64,000 nt of DNA, from positions 911,373-975,372 of the forward strand of contig CAVXSS010000001.1 in assembly GCA_963764515.1 (NCBI GenBank), given 5' to 3'. This document shows, one piece after another, positions 8,779-17,590 of this stretch (positions are counted from its first letter, which is position 1; every line of letters begins with the position of its first letter). Source of the stretch: an uncultured Chloroflexia bacterium. GTDB lineage: Bacteria > Chloroflexota > Limnocylindria > Limnocylindrales > CSP1-4. Under the pieces are notes generated by a model, which saw nothing but the letters and a program-made list of their open reading frames with translations, was not told where the DNA came from and made no database searches. The position numbers and the translations under genes were made by a program.

Positions 8779-10224
8779 ATGACACGCACGCTGCATCGAT
8801 CAGGCACGCTGTCCGTCGCCGCCCTGGCGCTGTCACTGGCTGGCTGCGCCGCGGTGCCCACCAGCTCGCCGTCGGGACCCTCGGCCGAGCCGATCCGGAT
8901 CGGAGCCGTGTTTCCGCTCCAGGGCACGGCCGGGCTGCTTGCGCAGGATGAGCTCGCAGGGGTTCGCATCGCCGCCCAGTTGGTCAACGCAGACGGTGGG
9001 GTGAGCGGGCGACCGATCGAGCTCGATGTTCGCGACCTCGAGAGCCGCCAGGACGCGCCATCGGTGATGACCGAGCTCGCCAGCGACGGTGTCACCGTCG
9101 TCGTGGGCGCGTATGCCTCGGATCTGTCGATAACGGCGAGTGCAGCGGCCAACGCCGCCGGTCTCGTCTACTGGGAGTCCGGCGCGGTTGCGGACCGGCT
9201 GACCGGGCGCGGGCTGCCGCTCGTGTTCCGCGTCGGCGCGAGTGGGTCAAACCTGGGCGACAACTCGGCGACGTTCGCGGCGAGTGAACTTGCGCCTCGA
9301 CTCGGAAAGGCCGCCTCCGATCTCAGGCTGGCGATCGTCAGCGCTCAGGACGACTACGCGACGTCGGTGGCAGGTGCGGCTGCCGCGACCGCGCAAGAGG
9401 CGGGCGTGCAGATCGTGGCTCGCGAGACGTACGACCTGTCCGCTCCCGACTGGACGCCCGTGATGGCTGCGCTCGCGGCAGCGGCCCCGGACGTGGTCAT
9501 CCTCGCGTCACATATCCCGGACGGTGTTTCGTTCCGGCGTGCAATGATCGCGGCCAACCTCCACGTCGGGGCCCTCATCGGCTCGACGATGGCCGAATGC
9601 GACCCCGACTTCGCGGGCGCGCTGGGGCAGGACGCGATCGGCATCTTCGCCTCCGATCGCCCGACCGCCGGCTTCCAGCCAACGGCCCTGGGGTTCGACG
9701 CCCGTGCGATCTACGACCGCTTTGCCGCCGCGTGGGCGGCCGTTGAGCCCACGCTCAGCGCCGGGTCGACCGGCGAGCCATCGCTGCCTGCGACGAGCGA
9801 CGGCTCGGGGCCGTATCCGAACTCGGGTGACGAGGCTGGCGGAGCCTATGGCGGCGGAGCCTACAGTGGCAGTTCCTCCGGCTACACGATCGGCGGGCCC
9901 GCCGAGGACGTTTCGGCCGCGGCGTCGGAGGAGGCGCTGGCCGGGTTCTCGGCCGGATGGGCGCTGTTCCACGATGTGCTGCCATCGGTCTCGATACCAA
10001 TCGACGCGCAGGGCGTGGCGGCAGCCGCTCGCATGGTCGACCTCCCGGTCGGCTCGCTGCCCAGTGGCGCCGGTCTCCGCTTCAGCACCGATCCCGCCAC
10101 GCTGGGCCAGAACACCCTCGCCGCGGCTGTGATTTGGCAGTGGCAGGCCGTGCGTCAGTACGCGTTCGTCTGGCCGGCGACGTATGCGACCGGCGCGATC
10201 AGTCTCGTGCCCCTCGCGCCATGA
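8779..10224 (+). CDS. Orphan periplasmic-binding-protein type 1 (LivJ-like) lipoprotein
   Basis: Lipobox LAGC, IRIGAVFPLQG, VVVGAYAS. Gly/Ser/Tyr-rich insertion near the C-terminus. No adjacent permease or ATPase. Confidence 0.8.
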   Translation: MTRTLHRSGTLSVAALALSLAGCAAVPTSSPSGPSAEPIRIGAVFPLQGTAGLLAQDELAGVRIAAQLVNADGGVSGRPIELDVRDLESRQDAPSVMTELASDGVTVVVGAYASDLSITASAAANAAGLVYWESGAVADRLTGRGLPLVFRVGASGSNLGDNSATFAASELAPRLGKAASDLRLAIVSAQDDYATSVAGAAAATAQEAGVQIVARETYDLSAPDWTPVMAALAAAAPDVVILASHIPDGVSFRRAMIAANLHVGALIGSTMAECDPDFAGALGQDAIGIFASDRPTAGFQPTALGFDARAIYDRFAAAWAAVEPTLSAGSTGEPSLPATSDGSGPYPNSGDEAGGAYGGGAYSGSSSGYTIGGPAEDVSAAASEEALAGFSAGWALFHDVLPSVSIPIDAQGVAAAARMVDLPVGSLPSGAGLRFSTDPATLGQNTLAAAVIWQWQAVRQYAFVWPATYATGAISLVPLAP

Positions 10225-10805
10225 CGACGATCGTCCTCACAGGACGGCCGTTTGCGCGGCCGGTGCTCCTGGTTCTGGGGCTGACGGCGGTCGTCCTGGC
10301 CCGCTGGGCCGTCGCCGTCAACCTGGTCGCGGACCCCATTCTCGTCGGCCTCGCGTTCGGGGCCGGGTTGGTCGTGCTGGCGACAGCGGCAGGTTCGACG
10401 GCACGCTGGCCCAGTGTGGGTCCTGTAGCGGCTGGCATGGCCGGTGGCGCGGTCCTGGTGGTCGTGGCCCTGGTTGCGGCAGGAGGGACCGGCGCGCCGA
10501 ACGCCTTGCCTGCCATTCCGTTCGTGCCCTGGGCGGTCGCGACCGTGCTCGTCGCGACCGGCGAGGAGGCCGTTCTTCGCGGCGTCCTCTTCGACGCCAT
10601 CGGTGAGCGGCGCGGCGCGGTCAGCGCGATCATCGTCACCAGCGCGTGTTTCGCCCTGATGCACGTGCCCCTCTACGGCTGGCACGTGGTGCCGCTCGAC
10701 TTTGGGGTCGGGCTGTGGCTTGCCGGCCTGCGCCTGCTTACGGGCGGGATCGCCGCGCCTGCCCTCGCGCACGCTATCGCCGATCTCGCGACCTACTGGC
10801 TGTGA
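10221..10805 (+). CDS. CPBP-family intramembrane glutamic endopeptidase (type II CAAX protease/Abi)
   Basis: All three CPBP motifs are present: EExxxR (GEEAVLRG), FxxxH (FALMH) and HxxxB (AHAIAD). ATGA overlap. Confidence 0.9.
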   Translation: MTTIVLTGRPFARPVLLVLGLTAVVLARWAVAVNLVADPILVGLAFGAGLVVLATAAGSTARWPSVGPVAAGMAGGAVLVVVALVAAGGTGAPNALPAIPFVPWAVATVLVATGEEAVLRGVLFDAIGERRGAVSAIIVTSACFALMHVPLYGWHVVPLDFGVGLWLAGLRLLTGGIAAPALAHAIADLATYWL

Positions 10806-11659
10806 AGTCGACGCACCGCATCGCGTTCGCGTCACTCGCCTGGGGCCTGTTCATCATCGCGATCACCCAGGTCGTCGCGCCGCACGGCGGGCCACCCCTC
10901 TACGACGGGGTCATGCCGCTCGAGCCGTACCTATGGGCCGATCCGCCGCCCGACCACCCGGGCGGAGCCCAGGGGGCCTCCGGGACCGTCACGGTGGCGT
11001 CTGGCAAGAGTGACCTGATGGCCGTCGCCACACCGGAGCTGTCCCCACAGGCGCAGGTGTTCGCGGTGCCGGGTGCGCTCACGCTGCCGCGGGGGGCGAC
11101 CTCGGTCAAGGTAGCGATCACGCCCATCGCGCCCACAGCCGATCCGCCCACGGGATACATCGACGGCAACGTATACCGATTCTCCGTTACGGATCAGGCC
11201 GGCCACCCAGTCACTGCCAATGCCTCTCAGCGCGTAAGCATCGTGCTCCGGTCGGCGGATCCCACCCTCGCCGACGCCCAGATCGCACGGTTCGACGGTG
11301 AAGCGTGGCGGCCACTGACGACGTCGCCCCCCGACATGCCGGGGGGCGGGTTCCTCGCGGTCGTCACCGAGTTCGGCGACTTCGCCGTGGTTGCAAACGG
11401 GGTCAGCCCATACCCGACGCCGCCTACGGACGGCTCGACGGTGCCCGCCGAGCCGTCCGCAACGGCAGGAGCGAGCGCGCCACGACCGTCCGCCACTCCA
11501 GCGCCGAACGCGACCAGTGCGTCTACGGGCGGTCCAGGCCTCGACCCGGTCGCCATCGCCATCGTGGTGGTCGCCGTCGGCGGCGTGATCGCGGTCGCGG
11601 CAAGGAGCCGCAGACGCCGACGAAGCCGGCCATATCGCGGAGCCCGCCGCGTTCGGTAG
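10802..11659 (+). CDS. Hypothetical membrane-anchored surface protein, paralog B
   Basis: GTGA overlap. PPLYDG..EPY, PQAQV, GNVYRF, PST linker, C-terminal TM followed by RSRRRRRSR. Confidence 0.75.
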   Translation: MKSTHRIAFASLAWGLFIIAITQVVAPHGGPPLYDGVMPLEPYLWADPPPDHPGGAQGASGTVTVASGKSDLMAVATPELSPQAQVFAVPGALTLPRGATSVKVAITPIAPTADPPTGYIDGNVYRFSVTDQAGHPVTANASQRVSIVLRSADPTLADAQIARFDGEAWRPLTTSPPDMPGGGFLAVVTEFGDFAVVANGVSPYPTPPTDGSTVPAEPSATAGASAPRPSATPAPNATSASTGGPGLDPVAIAIVVVAVGGVIAVAARSRRRRRSRPYRGARRVR

Positions 11660-11698
11660 ACATTCCCCACAGGCGTAGCACCGCGGGCGAATAGACCG

Positions 11699-12013
11699 AT
11701 GCGCCCGTCCCAATCACGCTCATCGCGATGTCGACGAGCGTGCATTCAAGCGCCACCAGCGTCAACGGCCGCATGCCACGATGGCAGCCGCTGCACCGAA
11801 CACGCTCGACAGCCTAACCGCAGCAGGCACAACGCCCTGTACAGCGCGCGGACCTGGCAGCGACTCAGCGCTCGCGTCCTCCGCGCCTTGCGAGGCCCAC
11901 ACGGCAACTCGTGCCCTAGACCAGTTCGTCAGTGTGAGCGTCGGCCAACCTCGGTTGGTACTCCGTGTCGCCGTCGTGACGGGCCAGAGCCACTCAACGT
12001 GCCGAGCGCCTGA
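11699..12013 (+). pseudogene. Decayed phage-type HNH endonuclease N-terminal remnant
   Basis: CHDGSRCTEHARQPNRSRHNALYSARTWQRLSARVLRALRGPHGNSCP resembles the N-terminus of phage packaging-associated HNH proteins. No DH...H/N catalytic core follows. Confidence 0.45.
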
Positions 12014-12469
12014 CGGTGCCGCCGCCATGGATCGCCGAAGTGCCGGAGGGCGTTCCCTTCGCGCGACCCACGTCCCTGCCGGCGGACGGACTGGCCGCCC
12101 TGCGCATGCTACGACTCGGGCCCGCGATCCTTGGTCGACGATCGCGAGTCGACGAGCGATATCGGGACACGTCCCCCTGCCGCATGACCCCATGACGAGG
12201 CTCGCTGAGTGCATGCGTCGGCCATCGCCGGGTCGAAGACGCGAGACGACGACCTGACCGCAGCGTGGGTGCGGGCGTGTGAGCACCCCCGGCACGCGGC
12301 GGCTACGCAGCGACCGTCTTGTCTCCCATCACCCCGGCTCCGGGTCCCGGCGCCACGATCCGGCTGCTCGAGAACTCCCGCTCGCGATACCGCGCGGTGG
12401 CTCTCCGTTCGTCACCGCATGACGGAGAGACCGCATCGTCCCTGGCCGAACACCGCCGGGTCGCGCAGA

Positions 12470-13345
12470 TCACGATGCCCCATCAAGCCCGAGGAGCCGA
12501 GCGGCCGTTCCCTTGAGGATCCGGGGCCGTACGTCGTCAGGGATGTCGAGCTCGCCAAAGTCCGCGAGCCAGCGGTCGGGCGTGATCAGGGGATAGTCCG
12601 AACCGAACATCACCTTGTCCGCGAGGAGGGTGCCTGCATAGCGCACCAGCTGCGGTGAGAAGTGCCGGGGCAGCCAGCCGGACAGATCCATGTACACGTT
12701 GGGCTTGTGCAGGGCGACCGCCAGTGCCTCGTCCTGCCACGGAAACGACGGGTGCGCCAGGATGATCGGCATCCCGGGGAAGTCCGCCGCGACATCGTCG
12801 AGGTACATCGGATCGGCGAACTTGAGACGGATGCCCCCGCCTCCCGGCAGCCCGGCGCCGATGCCGCTGTATCCGGTGTGGAAGATCACGGGGAGCCCGG
12901 AGCCCTCGATCACCTCGTACAGCGGGTAGGCGAGACGATCGTTCGGAACGAACGCCTGCAGGTTCGGGTGGAGCTTGAATCCGCGAGCGCCCTCCGCGAT
13001 GAGGCGCGCCGCCTCCTCGACGGCGACAGCGCCACGGCCAGGATCGACGCTCACGAACGGGATGAGGACGTCGGAGTTGTCGCGGGCCGCGTCGAGCACC
13101 TCGTCGTTCGAGACAGGTGCGACGCCGGTCGTCCGCTCCGCATCGACCGTGAACAGCACGGCGGCCATCGACCGCACCCGGTAATAGGCCGCCGTCTCGG
13201 CGGCGGACGGGAGATCCGGCTCACGGCGGAAGTAGGCGTTCGCGCCTGCGCGAAGCGTCGGGCCGAGCCCGTCATGCCCCGAGGACGAGATCTCGAGGTG
13301 CACGTGCATATCGATCGCCGACACGCTGTCGATGGCAATCGCCAT
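12470..13345 (-). CDS. Amidohydrolase-2 family, 4-hydroxyphenyl-beta-ketoacyl-CoA hydrolase-like (CouO/PhdC-like)
   Basis: IDMHVH, AAYYR..MAAVLFTVDAE, FHTG, LAHP, FGSDYP. Clustered with MarR, CoA ligase, crotonase and SDR. Confidence 0.8.
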   Translation of the reverse strand: MAIAIDSVSAIDMHVHLEISSSGHDGLGPTLRAGANAYFRREPDLPSAAETAAYYRVRSMAAVLFTVDAERTTGVAPVSNDEVLDAARDNSDVLIPFVSVDPGRGAVAVEEAARLIAEGARGFKLHPNLQAFVPNDRLAYPLYEVIEGSGLPVIFHTGYSGIGAGLPGGGGIRLKFADPMYLDDVAADFPGMPIILAHPSFPWQDEALAVALHKPNVYMDLSGWLPRHFSPQLVRYAGTLLADKVMFGSDYPLITPDRWLADFGELDIPDDVRPRILKGTAARLLGLDGAS

Positions 13346-13355
13346 AGGTCATTTA

Positions 13356-13372
13356 TATCAACTCGGTTGATA
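13356..13372. promoter_or_regulatory. Palindromic operator TATCAAC-N3-GTTGATA, candidate MarR (CouR-like) site
   Basis: Perfect 7 bp inverted repeat in the 63 bp divergent gap between the amidohydrolase and MarR genes. Confidence 0.65.
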
Positions 13373-13408
13373 CGCTGACAAGTCGGTGACGGCCTGCATA
13401 ATTGGCCG

Positions 13409-13888
13409 ATGACCTCACCCGAGCGTGTCATCCCTCCCGCCGAGGGCACACCGCCGGCGTCCCCGAGAGTGAGCTACCTGGTGGCACGGCTTGACCGGCT
13501 GCTGCGCCTGTGGCTGGCAGACGCGTTGGCACCACTCGAGGTCAGCCTCCCGGAATACACGGCGATGAGCATCCTTGGTCGTCGCTCCGGCCTCACCAAC
13601 GCCCAGCTCGCGCGGCGAACGTACGTCAGCCCACAGGCCATGCAGCAGATCACGGAGGGGCTGATCGAACGCGGATTGATCTCGAGAGTCCCCGACCACA
13701 GCCGCGGGCGCGTTCTTCCCGCAACCCTGACCGATGCCGGCCTCGAACTCCTGGCACGGTGCGACGACGCGGTCGACGCTCTGGAAGAACAGATGATGCA
13801 CAACCTCCGCCCGGGCGCCCGCCATGCCTTCATCGAGTCGCTGCTCGACTGCATCGGAGGGCTCCGACCGCCGACCGCCGTCAGATGA
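13409..13888 (+). CDS. MarR-family transcriptional regulator (CouR/FerC-like context)
   Basis: Winged-helix MarR pattern (LTNAQLARRTYVSPQAM..LIERGLISR..LTDAG). Confidence 0.9.
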   Translation: MTSPERVIPPAEGTPPASPRVSYLVARLDRLLRLWLADALAPLEVSLPEYTAMSILGRRSGLTNAQLARRTYVSPQAMQQITEGLIERGLISRVPDHSRGRVLPATLTDAGLELLARCDDAVDALEEQMMHNLRPGARHAFIESLLDCIGGLRPPTAVR

Positions 13889-13922
13889 TTGACATCGCCA
13901 AATGGTATCAAGTAGCTTGCGA
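13889..13922 (+). promoter_or_regulatory. sigma70-type promoter overlapped by a second MarR-like operator
   Basis: TTGACA (13889-13894), N18, TAGCTT (13913-13918), 7 nt before ATG 13926. Imperfect TATCAAG-N3-CTTGCGA (13906-13922) resembles the 13356 operator. Confidence 0.6.
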
Positions 13923-13925
13923 ACG

Positions 13926-15773
13926 ATGGCCGATCCGATGCGCCTGTTCGCGAACGTCTCGGTGTCCCTCGAAACGCGGCCCGACGGGTCGATGCTGTTC
14001 AGGTCCAACCATGCGCTGCCGGCCATGGACCGCTGCGTCGGCGATTGGCTGGAGCGCTGGGCTGACGAGGATCCAGCACGCCCGTTCCTGATGGAGCGCG
14101 ACCCGGACGGGACGGGCTGGCTGCCTCTCTCGTTCGGCGAGGCGCGCGACCGCGTCCATTCGATCGCCACGTGGCTGCTCGGCCAGGACGTGTCCGGCGA
14201 GCGTCCGATCGTCGTGCTCTCGGGAAACTCGGTGCGGCACGCGCTCCTGGCGCTGGCAGCGATGCATGTCGGCGTGCCCGTCTGTCCTGTCTCGACGGGC
14301 TGGTCCCTGCTGGCCGAGGATCACCGGAAGCTGGGGGCGGCGCTGACGCTCCTCAAGCCGGGTCTGATCTACGTCGAGGATGTCAACCGCTACGGCACGG
14401 CGGTGGTCGATACGCTCGACGTGCACGACGGCCTTGTCGTGGCCGGCGCGGGAGCCCACGGCACCATCGTGGACTTCACGGAGCTAGAGGGACAGACGGA
14501 CGAGGCCGCCGTGCGGGCCGCCTTCACCGGGGTCACCCACGACACCGTGGCCAAACTGCTGTTCACGTCCGGATCGGTCGGTGCGCCGAAGGCCGTGATC
14601 ACGACGCAGCGGATGCTGGTGTCGAACATGGCGGCCAAGGGGTTGCTGTGGACCTTCATCACCGATGAGCCGCCCGTCTTCCTGGACTGGCTGCCGTGGA
14701 GCCATACGTTCGCCGGCAACCAGACCATGGACATGGTCCTCAAGTTCGGCGGGACCTTGTACATCGATACCGGGCGACCCACGCCCGAACTCTTCGAGGA
14801 GACCGTCCGCAACATCCATACGGTGTCGCCGACTATCTACTCGACGGTGCCCCGCGTCTACGAGCTGCTCCTGCCAAGGCTCCGCAACGATGCGGAGCTG
14901 CGAGCGAGCTTCTTCTGCCGCCTGCGCCTGATGCACTACGCGGGCTCGACGCTGGCGGATCACCTCTTCAGCGAACTCCGCACGATCGCCCGGGATTCTG
15001 TGGCGTGGCCCATCCCGCTGGTGTCTTCGTGGGGCTCGACCGAGACGGCGCCGATGGCCACCGACTGTCACTTCGAGGTCGAGGAGGCGGGCAACATCGG
15101 GGTCCCGATCCCGGGAACAGAGTTGAAGCTCGTGCCGACCTCGGACAGACTCGAGGTCCGGGTCCGCGGGCCGAACGTGACGCCCGGCTACTGGAAAGCG
15201 CCCGAGACGACAGCGGATGCCTTCGATGAGGAGCACTACTACCGCATCGGCGACGCCGTCGCATGGGTCGACACCGAGCGCCCAGAGGCCGGCCTTCGTT
15301 TCGACGGCCGGGTGTCCGAGGACTTCAAGCTGACGACCGGGACGTGGGTCCGTGTCGGTGCGATGAAGGCCCGGGCCATCGCCGCCCTGTCACCGGTCGC
15401 ATCGGATGTCGTCGTTGCCGGGGCGGGACGGGAAACGGCCGGCCTGCTCATCTTCCCGGACCCGGCAGGGTGTCGGCTGATCGCTGACATGTCCCCCGAC
15501 AGACCGCTGGACGTCGTCGTCCAGCAGCCGGCCATCCGACGCCACATCGAGCAGGCGATGCGCCAGATGTCCGCCGCGGCGGGTTCGTCCATGTACCCGA
15601 CTCGATGTCTGCTGCTCAGCGACCCGCCATCCCGCGCGGACGGCGAGATCACCGACAAGGGGTACATCAATCAGCGAACGGTCCTGGCCCGTCGCGCCGA
15701 CCTGGTGACCGCGCTGTTCGCCGACGCGCCCCCCGAAGCCGTCATCTGCCTCCAGCCGAGGACCGCGCCATGA
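13926..15773 (+). CDS. fcs: Feruloyl/hydroxycinnamoyl-CoA synthetase (AMP-binding family)
   Basis: AMP-binding motifs LFTSGSVGAPKAV, WGSTET, RGPNVTPGYW, FDGRVSEDFKLTTGTWV and GEITDKGYINQ, typical of the ~600 aa Fcs subfamily. Confidence 0.85.
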   Translation: MADPMRLFANVSVSLETRPDGSMLFRSNHALPAMDRCVGDWLERWADEDPARPFLMERDPDGTGWLPLSFGEARDRVHSIATWLLGQDVSGERPIVVLSGNSVRHALLALAAMHVGVPVCPVSTGWSLLAEDHRKLGAALTLLKPGLIYVEDVNRYGTAVVDTLDVHDGLVVAGAGAHGTIVDFTELEGQTDEAAVRAAFTGVTHDTVAKLLFTSGSVGAPKAVITTQRMLVSNMAAKGLLWTFITDEPPVFLDWLPWSHTFAGNQTMDMVLKFGGTLYIDTGRPTPELFEETVRNIHTVSPTIYSTVPRVYELLLPRLRNDAELRASFFCRLRLMHYAGSTLADHLFSELRTIARDSVAWPIPLVSSWGSTETAPMATDCHFEVEEAGNIGVPIPGTELKLVPTSDRLEVRVRGPNVTPGYWKAPETTADAFDEEHYYRIGDAVAWVDTERPEAGLRFDGRVSEDFKLTTGTWVRVGAMKARAIAALSPVASDVVVAGAGRETAGLLIFPDPAGCRLIADMSPDRPLDVVVQQPAIRRHIEQAMRQMSAAAGSSMYPTRCLLLSDPPSRADGEITDKGYINQRTVLARRADLVTALFADAPPEAVICLQPRTAP

Positions 15774-16558
15774 CCGTCCCCCTCGTCGAGCTGGAGCTCG
15801 ACGGCCAAGTCGCCACGCTCACGCTAGCCAGACCCGAGAAGCACAACGCCATCAACGACGACCTGCTCGCCGACCTCGAGGCTGCGCTCCTCGCCCTGCC
15901 GACGGGCACTCGGGCCATCCTGCTCGCAGGACAGGGCGAGCACTTCTGTGCGGGGCTGGACCTGACGGAGCTCGAGGAGCGGACGCCGCCCCAGGTCCTC
16001 GCTCACTCCCAGTCGTGGCAGCGCGTCTTCACCCGCGTCCAGCTCGGCGGGATCCCCGTGATCGCGGCGCTGCACGGTGGGGTGATCGGTGGCGGGTTGG
16101 AGCTCGCCGCGGCGACCCACATCCGCGTGGCGGAGCCCGACACCTTCTTCCAGCTGCCCGAGGGCCGCCACGGGATCTTCGTCGGGGGTGGCGCCAGCGT
16201 CCGGGTGGCGAGGATCATCGGAACCGGCCGGATGTGCGAGATGATGCTGACGAACCGCCGCCTGGATGTCGAGGAAGGCTACGCCTTAGGACTCGTGCAC
16301 TACCGGGTCGGCGTGGGCGGATCCATGGAGGTGGCCCGGCGCCTCGCCGAGAGCGTTACCGAGAACGCTCCGACGAGCAACTTTGCGATCACCACGGCAC
16401 TAACCCGGATCGGCAACATGGCGAGCGACGACGGCATGCTCGTCGAGTCGCTGACGGCGGCCCTGACGTCCACCGACGACGAATCCCGCGATCGGATCCA
16501 CGCGTTCCTCCGGGAGCGCAAGCGCCACGACGATACGCGCGAGCCAGGGTTGCCATGA
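15770..16558 (+). CDS. Enoyl-CoA hydratase/isomerase (crotonase family)
   Basis: HFCAGLDL, GGGLELA, FQLPE. ATGA overlap with fcs. Confidence 0.9.
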   Translation: MTVPLVELELDGQVATLTLARPEKHNAINDDLLADLEAALLALPTGTRAILLAGQGEHFCAGLDLTELEERTPPQVLAHSQSWQRVFTRVQLGGIPVIAALHGGVIGGGLELAAATHIRVAEPDTFFQLPEGRHGIFVGGGASVRVARIIGTGRMCEMMLTNRRLDVEEGYALGLVHYRVGVGGSMEVARRLAESVTENAPTSNFAITTALTRIGNMASDDGMLVESLTAALTSTDDESRDRIHAFLRERKRHDDTREPGLP

Positions 16559-17307
16559 GGATCGAGGGGTCCACCTTCATCGTCACCGGCGGCGCATCCG
16601 GGCTCGGCGCTGCCACCGTTCGCGCGCTGCTCGACCGTGGGGCGAGCGTCGGCGTTGCCGACCTCGCCGATGCGGACGTCGACGCGCCGTCCGGTAGCCT
16701 GTACCAGCGTGCGGACATCCGTGACGAGAAGAAGGTCGGCGAGTTGCTCGCGACCGTCCGCGACCGGTTCGGCCGGCTCGACGGGCTCGTGAACTGCGCG
16801 GGGATCGGTGTCTCGGCCCGGGTGCTGGGACGCGACCAGGTCCACCCGCTCGCCCTGTTCCAGCGCTGCGTCGAGACCAATCTCGTGGGCACGTTCAACG
16901 TCATCAGGCTGGCTGCCGCGGCGATGGCGGAAACCGAACCCCGCGGTGACGGTGAGCGGGGCGTCATCGTGAACACGGCGTCCATCGCCGCATACGACGG
17001 TCAGATCGGGCAGGCAGCGTACGCCGCATCGAAGGGCGGGATCGTCTCGATGACGTTGCCGCTGGCGAGGGAGTTCGCCCGGATCGGCGTGCGGGTCGTG
17101 ACGGTGGCGCCCGGGCTGTTCGCAACACCGATGCTGGCCCAGCTCCCTGCCGACGTGCAGCAGGCGCTCGGCGACTCGGTGCCGTTTCCGCGACGCCTGG
17201 GCGAGCCGCGGGAGTTCGCATCGCTCGTCTGTCACGTGATCGAGAACCCGATGATCAACGGCGAGACGATCCGCCTCGACGGCGCGATCCGTCTGCCGCC
17301 GCGCTGA
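16555..17307 (+). CDS. SDR-family 3-hydroxyacyl-CoA dehydrogenase (HSD10-like)
   Basis: TGGASGLG, NCAGIG, YAASKGG, NGETIRLDGAIR. Confidence 0.9.
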   Translation: MRIEGSTFIVTGGASGLGAATVRALLDRGASVGVADLADADVDAPSGSLYQRADIRDEKKVGELLATVRDRFGRLDGLVNCAGIGVSARVLGRDQVHPLALFQRCVETNLVGTFNVIRLAAAAMAETEPRGDGERGVIVNTASIAAYDGQIGQAAYAASKGGIVSMTLPLAREFARIGVRVVTVAPGLFATPMLAQLPADVQQALGDSVPFPRRLGEPREFASLVCHVIENPMINGETIRLDGAIRLPPR

Positions 17308-17590
17308 CGGCGACGCGGGAGAGCCGATGAGCGGGAGCTACGCCGGGGCGGGACGGGGCGGCGCAGGCCTGCTGCCGGATGACTCAGGTGTCGATGACGC
17401 GCCATCGTCTTGTCGCGCGCCGACAGGCAAGCAGTCCTTCACTTGATAGCAGCAACGAGTTCTGGCAGGGTGTCGCGCACGAACCGATGACTGCGAAATC
17501 TGACGCGTCCCGCGATCGAGTCCCGCCCCAGCTGATGGGCCACGGGACGTGCGCGCGCCACGGTTCGCCCGTGTGCGGCGACCCTCCACC

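Noticed and set aside
17442-17448. Third MarR operator (CTTGATA) upstream of the IclR gene
   Set aside because: Only a half-site; the partner arm is absent.
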